Assembly (NCBI GenBank): GCA_964016885.1
Contig: OZ024742.1
Location: 308,884,001-308,948,000 of the forward strand
From: Eledone cirrhosa
Lineage: Eukaryota
Reading direction: 5' to 3'
DNA length: 64,000 nt
The notes beneath the pieces were generated by a model. The model was given only the letters and a program-made list of their open reading frames with translations. It did no database searches and was not told the DNA's origin. Made by a program: the position numbers and the translations under genes. Positions 1-10,841 of the stretch are shown piece after piece. The number at the start of each line of letters is the position of its first letter. The stretch's first letter is position 1.

Positions 1-519
1 TTTCAAATCTCTAACTTGAAAAGTGTGGTCCCTGGGGCCCCAAAACTATCGCGTTCGGTGAGTTATTTCCCCCCTGTTCTAATACTTTTGTCTTATTTAC
101 AATTTCATACAAATAAAGCAGTAAATAAAGGATTATGAGTTCATGCAATTGACTTATGTTTCGTCACTATATATATATATATATATATATAAACGCTTTA
201 ATAAAAAACAATATCAACTGTAATGTATGTATGCATGTATTTATGTGTTTATATGAGCGGGGATATGCAAGTAAATCTTACTTTGTGGACAGCTTATCCT
301 TAGCATAATATTCATGCTAGAACAGCATATATTTTAAAGTTTTCAGGGAGTTGAATTACTGATTTTGGATCGGCAGCTTTAGCTTTGAAAAAATGAAATG
401 GGCAGTGTAAATATTTTTTATTATTCCTCCGGGGATGAATCTTCTCTGCATGTTTCCATCTCTTTCTTTCTCTCTGGAAGAAATCAACCGTAGTAAGACC
501 TAAAAAAATGGTTAGATAC

Positions 520-638
520 ACCATGACGCACCGTGCACCACGGTGGAGTTGAAAAGCAGACTCAGAACATGGCGTTGTGTGGGGGTGGCTCGCAGCCCAA
601 TGTTCCAGGGGGAGCAAAAGAAGAAGAAGAAGAAGAAG

Positions 639-668
<30 letters not shown>
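520..668 (+). mobile_element. Probable 3' end of an RTE/RTE-X-type LINE with (GAA)n tail
   Basis: Frameshifted translation VEKQTQN...LAAQCSRGSK resembles the LE..AQDR..W...VAALCS.GS C-terminus of RTE-type ORFs; it runs directly into (GAA)n at 618-668. Confidence 0.4.
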
Positions 669-669
<1 letters not shown>

Positions 670-778
670 GAGCTGGAGTCCTATCAAATATGTAGGTTGT
701 GTCTTAAATTGAAGGTTTAGTAGAAACAATTCATGTATAGTTTTGTACTTTTCTTTTTGTCATTCATATATAAACAAA

Positions 779-1878
779 TCTACTATATAAATTCGAAGTG
801 GTCGGACGTTGTATATGTAGGTGTAGTCGGATAAACGTCGAAACGGCTTGGTGGAATGCAGCGAAAATTTACACAGTTATGCAGAATGACCCGAGGAGGC
901 GTTGGGTCGACTTTCAAGCTACAATCTTCAACGGTTACGGAGAAAATCGATGAAACAGGAATTTCCCATTCAAATTGAACTGTGAACGCAGAAGTAATTA
1001 TTTCGAGAAACGTTGCAACCGAACGAAAACAGGAAGACGATATTTTGGTTCGTGAAGACGTTCCCTGGCAAGGAACGGTAAAAAAGTGAGGATAATACGT
1101 CGTTATGTGGATCGGGAAGAACAATTTCATGCAAAGACAAGACCAAGTTTATGGTATAAATGGAGTCGTTAGACTAATATTCTATTTAAAATAACAGAAT
1201 GATTTCCAGCCCCTGAGTTTAAGAATGATGTAAATAAAATTGAAAACGAAAATGACAGAGGTTATTAAAATAGTAAAAGTAAATAGTGAAGATTTAGGCC
1301 AGTACATACGTATACCCCGACGGACATACACATACATACGCACACACAAATACATACACACCCACACACACAAACACACACAAACACACACACACACGCA
1401 CACACACACGCACACACACGAACGCACGCGCGTATGTATAAACCTTATGCATTTCTACAGTATTTTCACCAAACTTAAGACATAGGTTACTTATGTACTC
1501 CGGATGGTCATGGACACTGTCATTTTTCCAGATATTGATTATAGGAGCCCCCGACAGATAACCCCTTTAACCACTTTAACCACTTCCTTGGAGTCGACTG
1601 AAGCACTGCAGTGCAATGCAACAAAACGTCATAACTTCTGGAGTTCGCAACCGATTTTCACAAAACTTGACACATGGGCTACGTTTGTCCTACAGATGAA
1701 TGTGAACTCTCAGAATTGGCACATATTGGGTAGGGGACCCCTGGGGGCAGGAACCTCCTTTTGGAAAAAGCCGATGATTTTGTAAAAGTATAGTTTTCGA
1801 AGCAGCACTGAAGTATTGACATAAATGGTATACATAATTGCTATTTAATATCCCAGCAACGCCGGGTACTTCTGGTAG
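779..1878 (+). mobile_element. Non-autonomous Helitron-like element
   Basis: 5' TC start (TCTACTATATAAA) after a host A. 3' GC hairpin CCC(A)GC-AAC-GCCGGG at 1852-1866, then TACTTCTGGTAG (CTAG-like, 1 mismatch) and a host T; no TSD. Interior has a (CA)n tract and two related ~45-bp blocks (ATTTTCACCAAACTT.../ATTTTCACAAAACTT...). Confidence 0.55.
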
Positions 1879-2007
1879 TTAATTTATATTTTCGAAAAAT
1901 ACATAAGTGGCAACAAAACAGTGCAATCAAATTTTTGCGGAAAAATATCTTACCTTCTCCAATGGAAAATATTGTGTATTTTGCGAAATCCAGTGACTTT
2001 CAATAAT

Positions 2008-2191
2008 TGTTTCTACTTTAGGCACAAGACCAGCAATTAACCAGTGCATTACTGGTACTTTATTTTATCGACCCCGTAAGGATGAAAGGCAAAGTCAACC
2101 TCGGCGGGATTTGAACTCAGATCGTAAAGGAACGTAACCATGCTGGAAAGCATGGCGTCCGACCCTCTACCGATACTGCCAATCCACCGCC
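2008..2191 (-). mobile_element. tRNA-derived SINE, full length, subfamily A
   Basis: Minus strand reads GGCGGTGGATTGGCAGTATCGG (A box) ... GAGTTCAAATCC (B box) ... GACTTTGCCTTTCATCCTTACGGGGTCGATAAAATAAAGTACCAG ... AGAAACAATTAT. 11-bp TSD CTTTCAATAAT at 1997-2007 and 2192-2202. Confidence 0.9.
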
Positions 2192-2255
2192 CTTTCAATA
2201 ATGACCTTTCAATAATGACCTTTGGTCTTTCACACTCACTCAATATATATATATT

Positions 2256-2314
<59 letters not shown>

Positions 2315-2457
2315 TTATTTATTAAAATAACAGATTAAAGTTTAAGCAAAGAATCGCTGCTTTCACCCTTAACGGGAACTAACAAAGTCAATCTGTGAAC
2401 GCAGAAGTGAATATTTCAAAAAACATTGCAACCGGAGGAAGACAATATATATATTAC

Positions 2458-2545
<88 letters not shown>

Positions 2546-2548
<3 letters not shown>

Positions 2549-2680
2549 CAGAGGAAGTGTGGTAAGGAACCAGATGGACCATAACGCACCAGAGTACTCA
2601 ATACTTAGGGTAGTAGAGTGGGTAATAGGAAAATGCTAACACCAGAGCTCAAGCTATTTGGATAAGAAGCCGTCGAAATA
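2546..2680 (-). mobile_element. Isolated 3'-terminal fragment of the PLE family found at 5781-7052
   Basis: Close match to 5781-5897 and 18691-18810 (GTAAGGAACCAG...TACTCAATACTTAGGGTAGTAGAGTGGGTAATAG...AGAGCTCAAG); abuts (TA)n(TG)n. Confidence 0.75.
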
Positions 2681-2953
2681 TTTTCATATATATATATATA
2701 TGCCTGTGTGACTGTGTCTATATATGTATGATTACATGCATGAATGAATACACTAAGCTTTAGATTTAGTAGAATGTACAACCACTGATTCCAGCTACTT
2801 GCACTATCCTATATTTTGGTTTCTAGTAATTCCCGGGGGAATTGGTTAACCAAATGCTTTGCTTAATATTTTTATCTATTTTTTAAAACATTTATCCTTT
2901 CTCTTAGATTTCAGGTATTTTTTTAAAGCAAAGCATTGACCCCTAAAATACAA

Positions 2954-3045
2954 TGGGCCCTGTAATGCTACTGTGGCTATTGCAATGCTACCGTGGGCCC
3001 CCTGACTCCCACTTGCCATTGGGCAACCTGGCCAGTCCGCCACTG
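2954..3045. mobile_element. Orphan hAT-like terminus
   Basis: Ends GGCCAGTCCGCCACTG (reverse complement CAGTGGCGGACTGGCC), with subterminal GGGCCC motifs typical of hAT MITEs. The partner TIR was not found. Confidence 0.35.
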
Positions 3046-3054
3046 CTCTCAGGT

Positions 3055-3094
3055 AGAAGAAGAAGAAGAAGAAGAAGAAGAAGAAGAAGAAGAA
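3055..3094. repeat. (GAA)n microsatellite
   Basis: Direct inspection. Confidence 0.95.
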
Positions 3095-3672
3095 TACAAC
3101 GTGACACCTGGTCCAAAAATCGAACCGACATTACGATCGTTGATCCAACATTTTAACCATTAAGACACACTTTCACTGTTCTATACTCCTTACAAATTAT
3201 CCTATAAATCTGTCACTCGTGTAAAGTTTCCTATTTGAGCTTCACTTGAATCAGCGAAATCATAGGTTGATTTATCTCGCTTTATGGTGGCATGGGATTC
3301 GATGAAGGATGAAACATTCACGCGAATATAGAGTATATGAAAGAAGAAATGGATACGAGAAGAAAACGAAAGAGAGAAGGAAAGAAAGAAAGGAACGGAG
3401 AAAGAAATAAGCATATATCATTCAGGTCTATTATAGAAGGTGTCATGGCGGAACGGGATTACGTCTCAATGTGTGACATTAATAAGATGAAAGCTATTGG
3501 CTACAGTTGTTATCACATCTGCTGAAGTCCTCTCTCTTGAAGTGAGAGATACAGAGAAAGAGGAAGCAGAAAGAATGAAAAAGACGGGTCACAGCGGAGG
3601 AAAAAAAAAAAAATATATATATATATACACACACACACATACATATACATATATATATATATATGATGTATG

Positions 3673-3743
<71 letters not shown>

Positions 3744-3764
3744 TACGCCTGTCTTTGTGTGTGT

Positions 3765-4661
3765 GCTAATGAAAAAAACATTTTGGTATTAATTTTGTTA
3801 GTACAGACAAAATTATATTTTTTCTTTTTCTTTATCTTTTTTTCTTAGTATTTCCACATAAAAATATCCTTCATGAATGGTCTTTTTTATCTTGTTTGTC
3901 TGTTTTGTTTTAGAATGTCAGAGAGTTTTAAAGGTACTGAACCGTTATTTCTCCGTTTCTCTTTTTATATGTGTTCTATATTCTCTTCCCCTCGGCAAGC
4001 CGCGAAGATTCGACTGCTGTCTTGTCAATTATCGCTGACAATATGGTTTTTGCTGTCATTTGGTGTTGTTTGTGACAGTAATAGAAATCTCTTTTCGCCG
4101 AATAAGCAGTCACAGTGTACTATTTGAATAGATATTTCTAAAAAAATTAGAAGCACTTGTTATTCAGATAGACTAACAAATAAAACATTTCGAAATATGT
4201 TTGTCTGTTTATTTATTTGCTTTTTTTTTAGACAAGTAAAAATATATATATATATGAAAAATAAATCTGAGTAACCGGTGTTGCTCATAAAATGTTTGTT
4301 TTGTTTACCTTTATTTAGCTTGCTCATACAACACTATGTCTAAGTGTAGAAGATTCTAAGACTATAGAATATTTCTAATGGTCTTAAACAACACTAATTA
4401 ACAGTTAAAGACGTGACATTGCCGATAATAAACCAGACTACCTCGCACAAGTTTGCCCCCGAAGTAGAAATCATGTTTGCAGCTTGCCGCGGGGAAGAGA
4501 AAATGGAGAAGAAAAAAAATCGAGAGATAAGAGTTGACTAACTTTTTAATTCTTTGATGTTCTCTGAACAAAAATCATTTGTAAAGGACATTTTCTGTTG
4601 AATAAAATTCTAATTGTCTGTACTAAAAAAAATAATTTTAAAATGTTTTATTTACATCAGC
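3765..4661. mobile_element. Foldback/MITE-like DNA element with long diverged TIRs (~300 bp)
   Basis: 3765-~4090 is a diverged reverse complement of ~4370-4661. Collinear anchors: AAAACATTTT..TTAGTACAGACAA / TTGTCTGTACTAA..AAAATGTTTT; CTCTTCCCCTCGGCAAGC / GCTTGCCGCGGGGAAGAG; GTGTTGTTT / AAACAACAC. Confidence 0.7.
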
Positions 4662-4808
4662 GTATAGTGTATTGCCTGTGTGTGTGTGTGTGTGTGTGCC
4701 TGTGTGTGTGTGTGTGTTTGTATCTAAACATGCATCGAGCACCTCCCTGATCATTCATATATGTGTGTTTGTATATGCATGTTTATGTGTGTGTATAATA
4801 TATATCTA

Positions 4809-4840
<32 letters not shown>

Positions 4841-4964
4841 AAGTGTGTGTGTGAGTGTGTGTGTGTGCGTGTATGTATGTGTATGTGTCTGTGTGTGCGT
4901 CTGTGTGTCTGTCTGTGTGTGTGTATGCATGTGTGCACACACACACATATATATATATCAACGA

Positions 4965-5699
4965 CTTTTTTAGCCGTTGCTCGCACCAACCGGAGGTATA
5001 TGGTCTTTAAAGCGATGAAATACCAATGATGGTTGGAAGATCACTGATGAAGGACTAACTTTATTCATATGTAACCCATTAGCAACCCGCAGCACGTTTT
5101 TCTCATATTTACACATATTTTTTTCCCCGCTGTTATACGTCTATTTCGTTCTTACTGCTTCCTCTTTCTCTGTTCTTTACCCTCTCTAGCAGTCACTCTC
5201 TCTGTTAGCCTCTTCCTCACCCTTCACTCACTCATTCTCTGTTACTACCTCTCCTCCTCCTCCTCCTCCTTCTTCCCGTTTGACCTGTGCGTAATTCTTT
5301 TCTTTCGCACCCTTGGTCTGGCAGGTCGCTTTTTTTCTCTCTCTCGTCTACGATTTCACAGAACTTACGTTCACCGAAATCACAGACTAGATCCCTTCTT
5401 CCTCCCGTTAGACCTGTACGGAATTCCTTCCTTGCTCACATTCCAACCAGGTTTGATGGTCTTTATTCTCTCTCGTTCACGATTTCACCGAATTTAAATT
5501 CATAGAAATTTGGGACTTGACTCCTTCTTCCTCACTTTCTGTTGCTTCACCATTTTGTTTGTTTACACTCGTGTCCCCTTTAATTACGTGTCCCAACGCC
5601 CCTTTTTAGCCGTTGCTCACACCAACCGGAGGTATATGGTCTTTAAAGCGATGAAATACCAATGATGGTTGGAAGATCACTGATGAAGGACTAACTTTA

Positions 5700-5706
<7 letters not shown>
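4965..5706 (+). mobile_element. Element bounded by 105-bp direct repeats (pseudo-LTR-like, 636-bp period) containing CTGATGA
   Basis: 4965-5070 matches 5602-5706 with 1 internal mismatch; CTGATGA at 5044 and 5680. Interior has ~2.2 diverged copies of a ~129-bp unit (5262-5535). Both ends abut (TA)n. Confidence 0.6.

Positions 5707-5781
<75 letters not shown>
5703..5781. repeat. (TA)n microsatellite separating two retroelement 3' ends
   Basis: Direct inspection. Confidence 0.95.
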
Positions 5782-5784
<3 letters not shown>

Positions 5785-5876
5785 CGAAGGAAGTGTAGTA
5801 AGGAACCAGGTGAACGATAACGTACCAGAGTACTCAATACTTAGGGTAGTAGAGTGGGTAATAGTAAAGTGTTTAA

Positions 5877-5969
5877 CCCCGACGGCAGAGCTCAAGTCGT
5901 TTCGGCGGCTATTTCTGGACTAAATTAGAATTGTTAGCATCGTAATAAATAGCCGAACTGTTCAAGGGG
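5877..5969 (-). ncRNA. Degenerate type I hammerhead ribozyme
   Basis: Minus strand: ACCCC [stem I] - TTGAACA (vs CTGANGA, 2 mismatches) - GTT - CGGCTATTT...AAATAGCCG [9-bp stem II] - CC - GAA - ACGAC-TTGAGCTCT-GCCGT [stem III] - C (GUC site) - GGGGT [stem I]. Confidence 0.6.
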
Positions 5970-6617
5970 TAATTCAATATATAGGAAGATTGTAGTTGTC
6001 AAGAGGATTGGTCAAAATTTCTTGGAAACACAATTAAATCTTTCATGGCAGTGGGTGGGGGTGGCTGAACTTGCCTGTAGAACAATGAAGGAGTGGGTGG
6101 AGCCGGTCAAGCGTTGAAAGTGAATTCTATACACCAAATTCTAAGGAGAGTGTATGAAATTAGGCTAAATAGGAAGCAGGCGAAAAAGGATACTGAGAGT
6201 GGGACGTTATAGAATGGTTAACAAATTGAGATTAAAAGATAATAAAAAAAAAAATTAAAATGATAAAATTAAATAGTAAAAATAATTTTAAAAATCTCTA
6301 GAGTCTAAAGCAATTGCTATATTTTTAGCTGGTATTGTGTTTTCGGCCAATGTTATATATAATTTACTGGGGTGGGGGTACTGAGGCTACAAAAGCCCGA
6401 TGGGCTGCCTTGGGGTAGGCGAAAGGGGAAAAAGGAAAAGGAAGAGGAGAGGGATTGGAAGGAAGTGATAAGAAGAGATAAAGGGAAAAAGAAAAGAAAA
6501 GAAGAACATCTACCTATGTATGCTGGGGTTTCCCCTATCTTGTTTAGCAAGTGGAGAAAAGAAGGATGTTGCAGCCATTGACTACCCACCCGGGTCATGA
6601 GGGGATTTGAGGGCGAG

Positions 6618-7052
6618 TTAAGTCCTACGCAATCGATGTTTACATGCAGTTACAAGTTCGTCTTTTTTGTTTAGGGAGTTGGTCCTTCGTAAACAGCATT
6701 TGTAATGTTTCCTCCGAGCATAAGTTACACGGACGGCGTCCTCCCGTGTAGGAGTTAGCCCTGGACAGTAAGCTCCAAGTAAGATTGTATGTTATGTTGT
6801 TATCTTGGAGGTCCCAATGTGGCCCGAAAGTGTAGTGGCATTTTGCCGGGCCGGGTTTCGGAACGTATGTCCGTGTTGGTAGAGCCGGGTCTTGAAGTCG
6901 CAAGCAGTTAATCCTATATAGGCTTTGTTGGGGGGTTTCCGTCCTTGCGTTGCATTGGTAGATCATGTTACGTTCTCGGCATCTGTTGTTGAGGGGGCAC
7001 GTAGATCTATCAGGACAATTACACCTCCTGGTCGGCTCTCCACTAATGTCTA
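6618..7052 (-). pseudogene. PLE C-terminal Cys-rich linker plus GIY-YIG endonuclease, 3 frameshifts
   Basis: Reconstruction: RCNCPDRSTCPLNNRCRERNMIYQC.../PNKAYIGLTACDFKTRLYQHGHTFRNPARQNATTLSGHI/WDLQDNNITYNLTWSLLSRANSYTGGRRPCNLCSEETLQML.../NSLNKKDELVTACKH. Shows CNC..CPL..C, IY..YIG, conserved R/H, CNLC.EE and LN...EL...C.H. Confidence 0.85.
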
Positions 7053-7135
<83 letters not shown>

Positions 7136-7145
7136 GCGCACACAC
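7053..7145. repeat. (CA)n microsatellite between two divergent PLE remnants
   Basis: Direct inspection. Confidence 0.95.
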
Positions 7146-7427
7146 GTCGTGTATAAGATAGAATGTGACAGGTGCAACCAATACTACATAGGTAGCACAA
7201 TTCGACCTTTGCACATCCGGATCAAGGAAAACATTAAAACCAGGGCCTCGTCTTTCCGGAAACACATAGACAAATGCAGAAACAAAGACGGAAGGCCCAT
7301 TGTCACAATTCTAACGACTGAAAGAAACGTCGGCACGTTACGTATCAAGTGAGCGCTTTTTATCAAACGACTGCAATCGCAAATAAACAACCGATCAGAG
7401 AGAAGCGAAATGAGATGGCTGGTTTAA
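7146..7427 (+). pseudogene. PLE GIY-YIG endonuclease (second family), one in-frame stop
   Basis: VVYKIECDRCNQYYIGSTIRPLHIRIKENIKTRASSFRKHIDKC...LRIK*ALFIKRLQSQINNRSE: VVY..CxxC..YIG.T.R.L..R..E motif. TGA at 7350-7352 replaces the conserved Glu of (K/R)EALFI. Confidence 0.85.
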
Positions 7428-7837
7428 GTTAACAAGCGATGCAACAACACACAACACACGCACACACACACACGCGCAAACGAGACAACTACACACACAC
7501 ACGCGCACACACACAGTAGCATTCCACCATACGAACATACTACACTGCCAATACAGAGGAACAAGGCAACAACACACGCACACACACACACACACTCAAG
7601 CGAGACAACAACACACGCACACACACACACACAGTAACATTTAACAAACAGGCAGAGAATAGACTGACAGCTAGCGCCATCCCACTCCCTCATTCGGCCG
7701 CTGACCTCTGTACGACCGACCCCATTTCACGCGCACGCGCGCTCTGCCGAATACCTCAGATATTCAAAACAACAAACAGAGAAGGAAGCGTTCCGGACTT
7801 GTCCGACATACAACCTTTTCCCCCACCCCGGAAAAAA

Positions 7838-7873
7838 CCCCAGTTGATGGATGTGAATCCGAAATATATAGGG
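7838..7873 (+). ncRNA. Degenerate minimal type I hammerhead ribozyme
   Basis: CCC - CAGTTGA (vs CTGATGA, 2 mismatches) - T - GGAT-GTGA-ATCC [stem II] - GAA - ATATAT [palindromic stem III] - A (AUA site) - GGG [stem I]. Confidence 0.65.
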
Positions 7874-8084
7874 ACTATTAAATCTCTCCCAAGGTAAATC
7901 TCTCTTGTGTTGTTATTTTTATTGTTATCCTTTATACTCTTCCCTTCATTCTATACATCTCACACATCTTATACACACCACACATCTCAACGTACACCCA
8001 CTTACATCTTTCTCTCCACCACCGAACCTTGTTACCCGGAGATTTACCCATTTGCATTGTCGAGGCTTCCAAACGACTTAAAGA

Positions 8085-8262
<178 letters not shown>

Positions 8263-8990
8263 GTGAAAATTGGGACGGAAACAAAAACAGAGAGGCAGTA
8301 CAAACAAAGGTTTATTAGTTTCACGCTCTTGAGATGGGGGGCGTTTCGGGCATAAGCCCTTCTTCAAGAGAAAAGTGGGTGGCAAGAGAGTTCCGAGGGT
8401 GTGTGGGGGAGTGGTGGAGAGATATTTAGAAAAAAGAGGAGGAGAGAAAAGAGATGGAAAACGGTGGAAAGGGTACAAATAAAATTAAAAATAAACATAA
8501 AGATAAACAAGTGGTGGAAGGGTGTGGGGCGTGTAGGGGTGGTGGCGGGTGGAGTAGGGAGAGGGAGGCGTGGGGTCCGAGCAGGGGGGCTGAAGGTGGT
8601 GTTTGTGTATGTGTGTAGGTTTACGTGTGTGTGTGTGTGTGTGTATGTGTGTGTATGTGAATGTGAGAGTTGGGGAAAGAATGAGGTTCCATGTTCAGGA
8701 AAAGATGTGTATGTGGGGTGGGGTGTAGGTCGGTGTGTGCGTGCGTGTGGATGGGGAGGGGTGGGGGATGGGGCGGGTGAGGATTCCGGAGGCTGAGTGT
8801 GTATATGTGGGGGTACGCACGTGTGTGTTGGTGTTTATACGTGGTGTGGATGTAGGTGGCGTGGTTCGAAAAAGATTGTGAGTGTTTGTCCGTGGGTAAG
8901 TTCCTAAGGTAGTTCTGTGGAGTGTGCGATGAGATGCTGGATATGTTTGATGTTATGGAGTGGTTGTCATGGAGCTCTAACTTCTACTGG
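8263..8990 (-). mobile_element. Non-coding 3' portion of a third HHR-bearing (PLE-like) family
   Basis: Reverse complement aligns collinearly with 17805-18648 (GGAACTTACC, CTCAGCCTCC, TTCCTGAACATG, GAAGAAGGGCTTATGCCCGAAACG, GAGCGTGAA..TAATAAA, GTACTGCCTCTCTGTT). HHR-like core at 8341-8367 with a C3>T change. Confidence 0.7.
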
Positions 8991-9145
8991 AGTCGTAACG
9001 TCGCCGTCATAACATATCGCCGTTTTGGAAATGTTTAACTTGGCGAAACCCATACCTCTCTAGGTCTGAACAGAGGCGATTTCTTCTAGCTAAAGGGAGA
9101 GGACGAGAAAATGAAAGTAATTAAAATATAGAGAGAAAGAATTAA

Positions 9146-9270
9146 CCCCAGTTTAATCGACCTCGAAAGAATGAAAGACAAACTAGAACTCGGTGTGATT
9201 TGAACTCAAAGCACTGAGAGCTGGAAGGAAGACCGCAAAGCACTCTATCTGGTGTTCTAATGACTATCAT
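9146..9270 (-). mobile_element. Old degenerate tRNA-derived SINE
   Basis: ATCGACCTCGAAAGAATGAAAGACAAA...GATTTGAACTCA matches the SINE core and B box. Confidence 0.6.
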
Positions 9271-9317
9271 TTTGACTTTTCAATATACGTGTGCATTTAT
9301 AAATATATATATATATA

Positions 9318-9660
9318 GATATGGTGGCTGCCAACTCGTTTTCGAGTACGGCCACTACTTTATATCCATGTAGGAGAACCCCTACCGATGCGCTGAACGA
9401 GTGACTTTTTAGTCCAGCCAGCGACTTGAAATCTCTGGTACAAATACTACACTTGTGACAATTATTGACACATAGTGCTGGACCCATGGCACCATGTGAC
9501 GACAAGTGCAGAGAGATCTCCAGATATAAAGCAATGCCTGTGCCGTGAAGCTTTTATAGTGAGCAAAGGCACTGCACAAAGCCAGTCCTACTCTCTTAAC
9601 CAAGATGATATTTACCAAAAAGAAGAACAAGTCAACATCATTGGATACCATCAGGGTTGC
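9318..9660 (-). mobile_element. RTE-clade LINE 3' remnant
   Basis: Minus-strand translations ...IWRSLC... and HKCSICTRDFKSLAGLKSH (C2H2-like finger typical of RTE ORF C-termini), then a short 3' UTR ending in (TA)n. Confidence 0.6.
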
Positions 9661-9704
9661 AGGTGTTATATCAGAGTTTTCCTTCTCCTAGAATTCTGCC
9701 TTGA

Positions 9705-9961
9705 CAATATATATACATACATACATACATACATACATACATACATACATACATGTATATATACATGTATATACATATATATACATATATATATGAATAA
9801 TATAAAAATGTGAATATATATAATATATATATATACATATATATATATACATATAATGTAAGATCAAAAGATGGTTAAAAGAGTTCCATGTATTTTATTA
9901 TGCGCATTTCAAAAACAAATATCATCATGAGATGACATTTGCGTTTTCGTCATATACACAC

Positions 9962-9999
<38 letters not shown>

Positions 10000-10059
10000 A
10001 CATACATACATGTATATACATACATATATATGAATAATATAACTATGAATATATATAAT
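9705..10059. repeat. (TACA)n/(TA)n low-complexity tract
   Basis: Direct inspection. Confidence 0.85.
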
Positions 10060-10238
10060 TGTTTCTACTTTAGGCACAAGGCCAGCAATTACCCAGTGCA
10101 TTACTGGTACTTTATTTTATCGACCCCGTAAGGATGAAAGGCAAAGTCAACCTCGGCGGGATTTGAACTCAGATCGTAAAGGGACGTAACTATGCTGGAA
10201 AGCATGGCGTCCGACCCTCTACCGATACTGCCAATCCA
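10060..10238 (-). mobile_element. tRNA-derived SINE, subfamily A
   Basis: Near-identical to 2008-2191; candidate 16-bp TSD TATGAATATATATAAT (10044-10059, 10246-10261). Confidence 0.9.
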
Positions 10239-10259
10239 TATTATATATGAATATATATA

Positions 10260-10295
<36 letters not shown>

Positions 10296-10497
10296 ATACA
10301 TACAAACATACATACAGACATACATACATACATATATACATACATTTACACATATACATTACGCCCATTGCTCACACATATACGTATCACACATTTGAGG
10401 TGTGACAGATTTGATAATTTAAAAATTTATGTTCGATTGATCATTGGCACCAATTAGAGACGAATTATTTTGTTTTGCTACTTTTTAATTTATACGC

Positions 10498-10541
<44 letters not shown>

Positions 10542-10841
10542 ATGTATATGTGAGTGTGCATGTTGTATATGTATGTATGTGTGCATGCGTAAGTGTGCGT
10601 ATGTGTGTGTGTGTGTGTTTGTATGTGTATGTATATGTACGTATGGTTATGTATGTGTGTGTATAAGTGTGGAATCATTTTGATATCTGGACAACGAATA
10701 ATGTGACGCTTAATGAAGCAAGTGTAAATACCATCAAGTCTGAAATACAGGTGATAGTTAATTAAAACCTTCTATATTGGGCTTTTATCTGTTTCACATC
10801 GCACTTGGTGAACCGAAGTGTCGTTGATTACATACAGGTAC

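Larger units (their letters stand above)
5781..7052 (-). mobile_element. 5'-truncated Penelope-like element (Neptune-like): GIY-YIG remnant, ~0.8-kb 3' tail and HHR-like motif
   Basis: Supported by the pseudogene at 6618-7052 and the HHR-like motif at 5877-5969. The terminus is shared with copies at 2546 and 18691. Confidence 0.8.

Noticed and set aside
2008-2191. tRNA gene (A/B boxes) or conserved small ORF (...[20 protein letters not shown])
   Set aside because: No cloverleaf; it is dispersed with TSDs. The repeated peptide is just SINE translation.
7350-7352. In-frame TGA as possible selenocysteine (some PLE lineages are reported to encode selenoproteins)
   Set aside because: It aligns with the conserved Glu of EALFI rather than a Cys, the element is truncated, and I recognised no SECIS.
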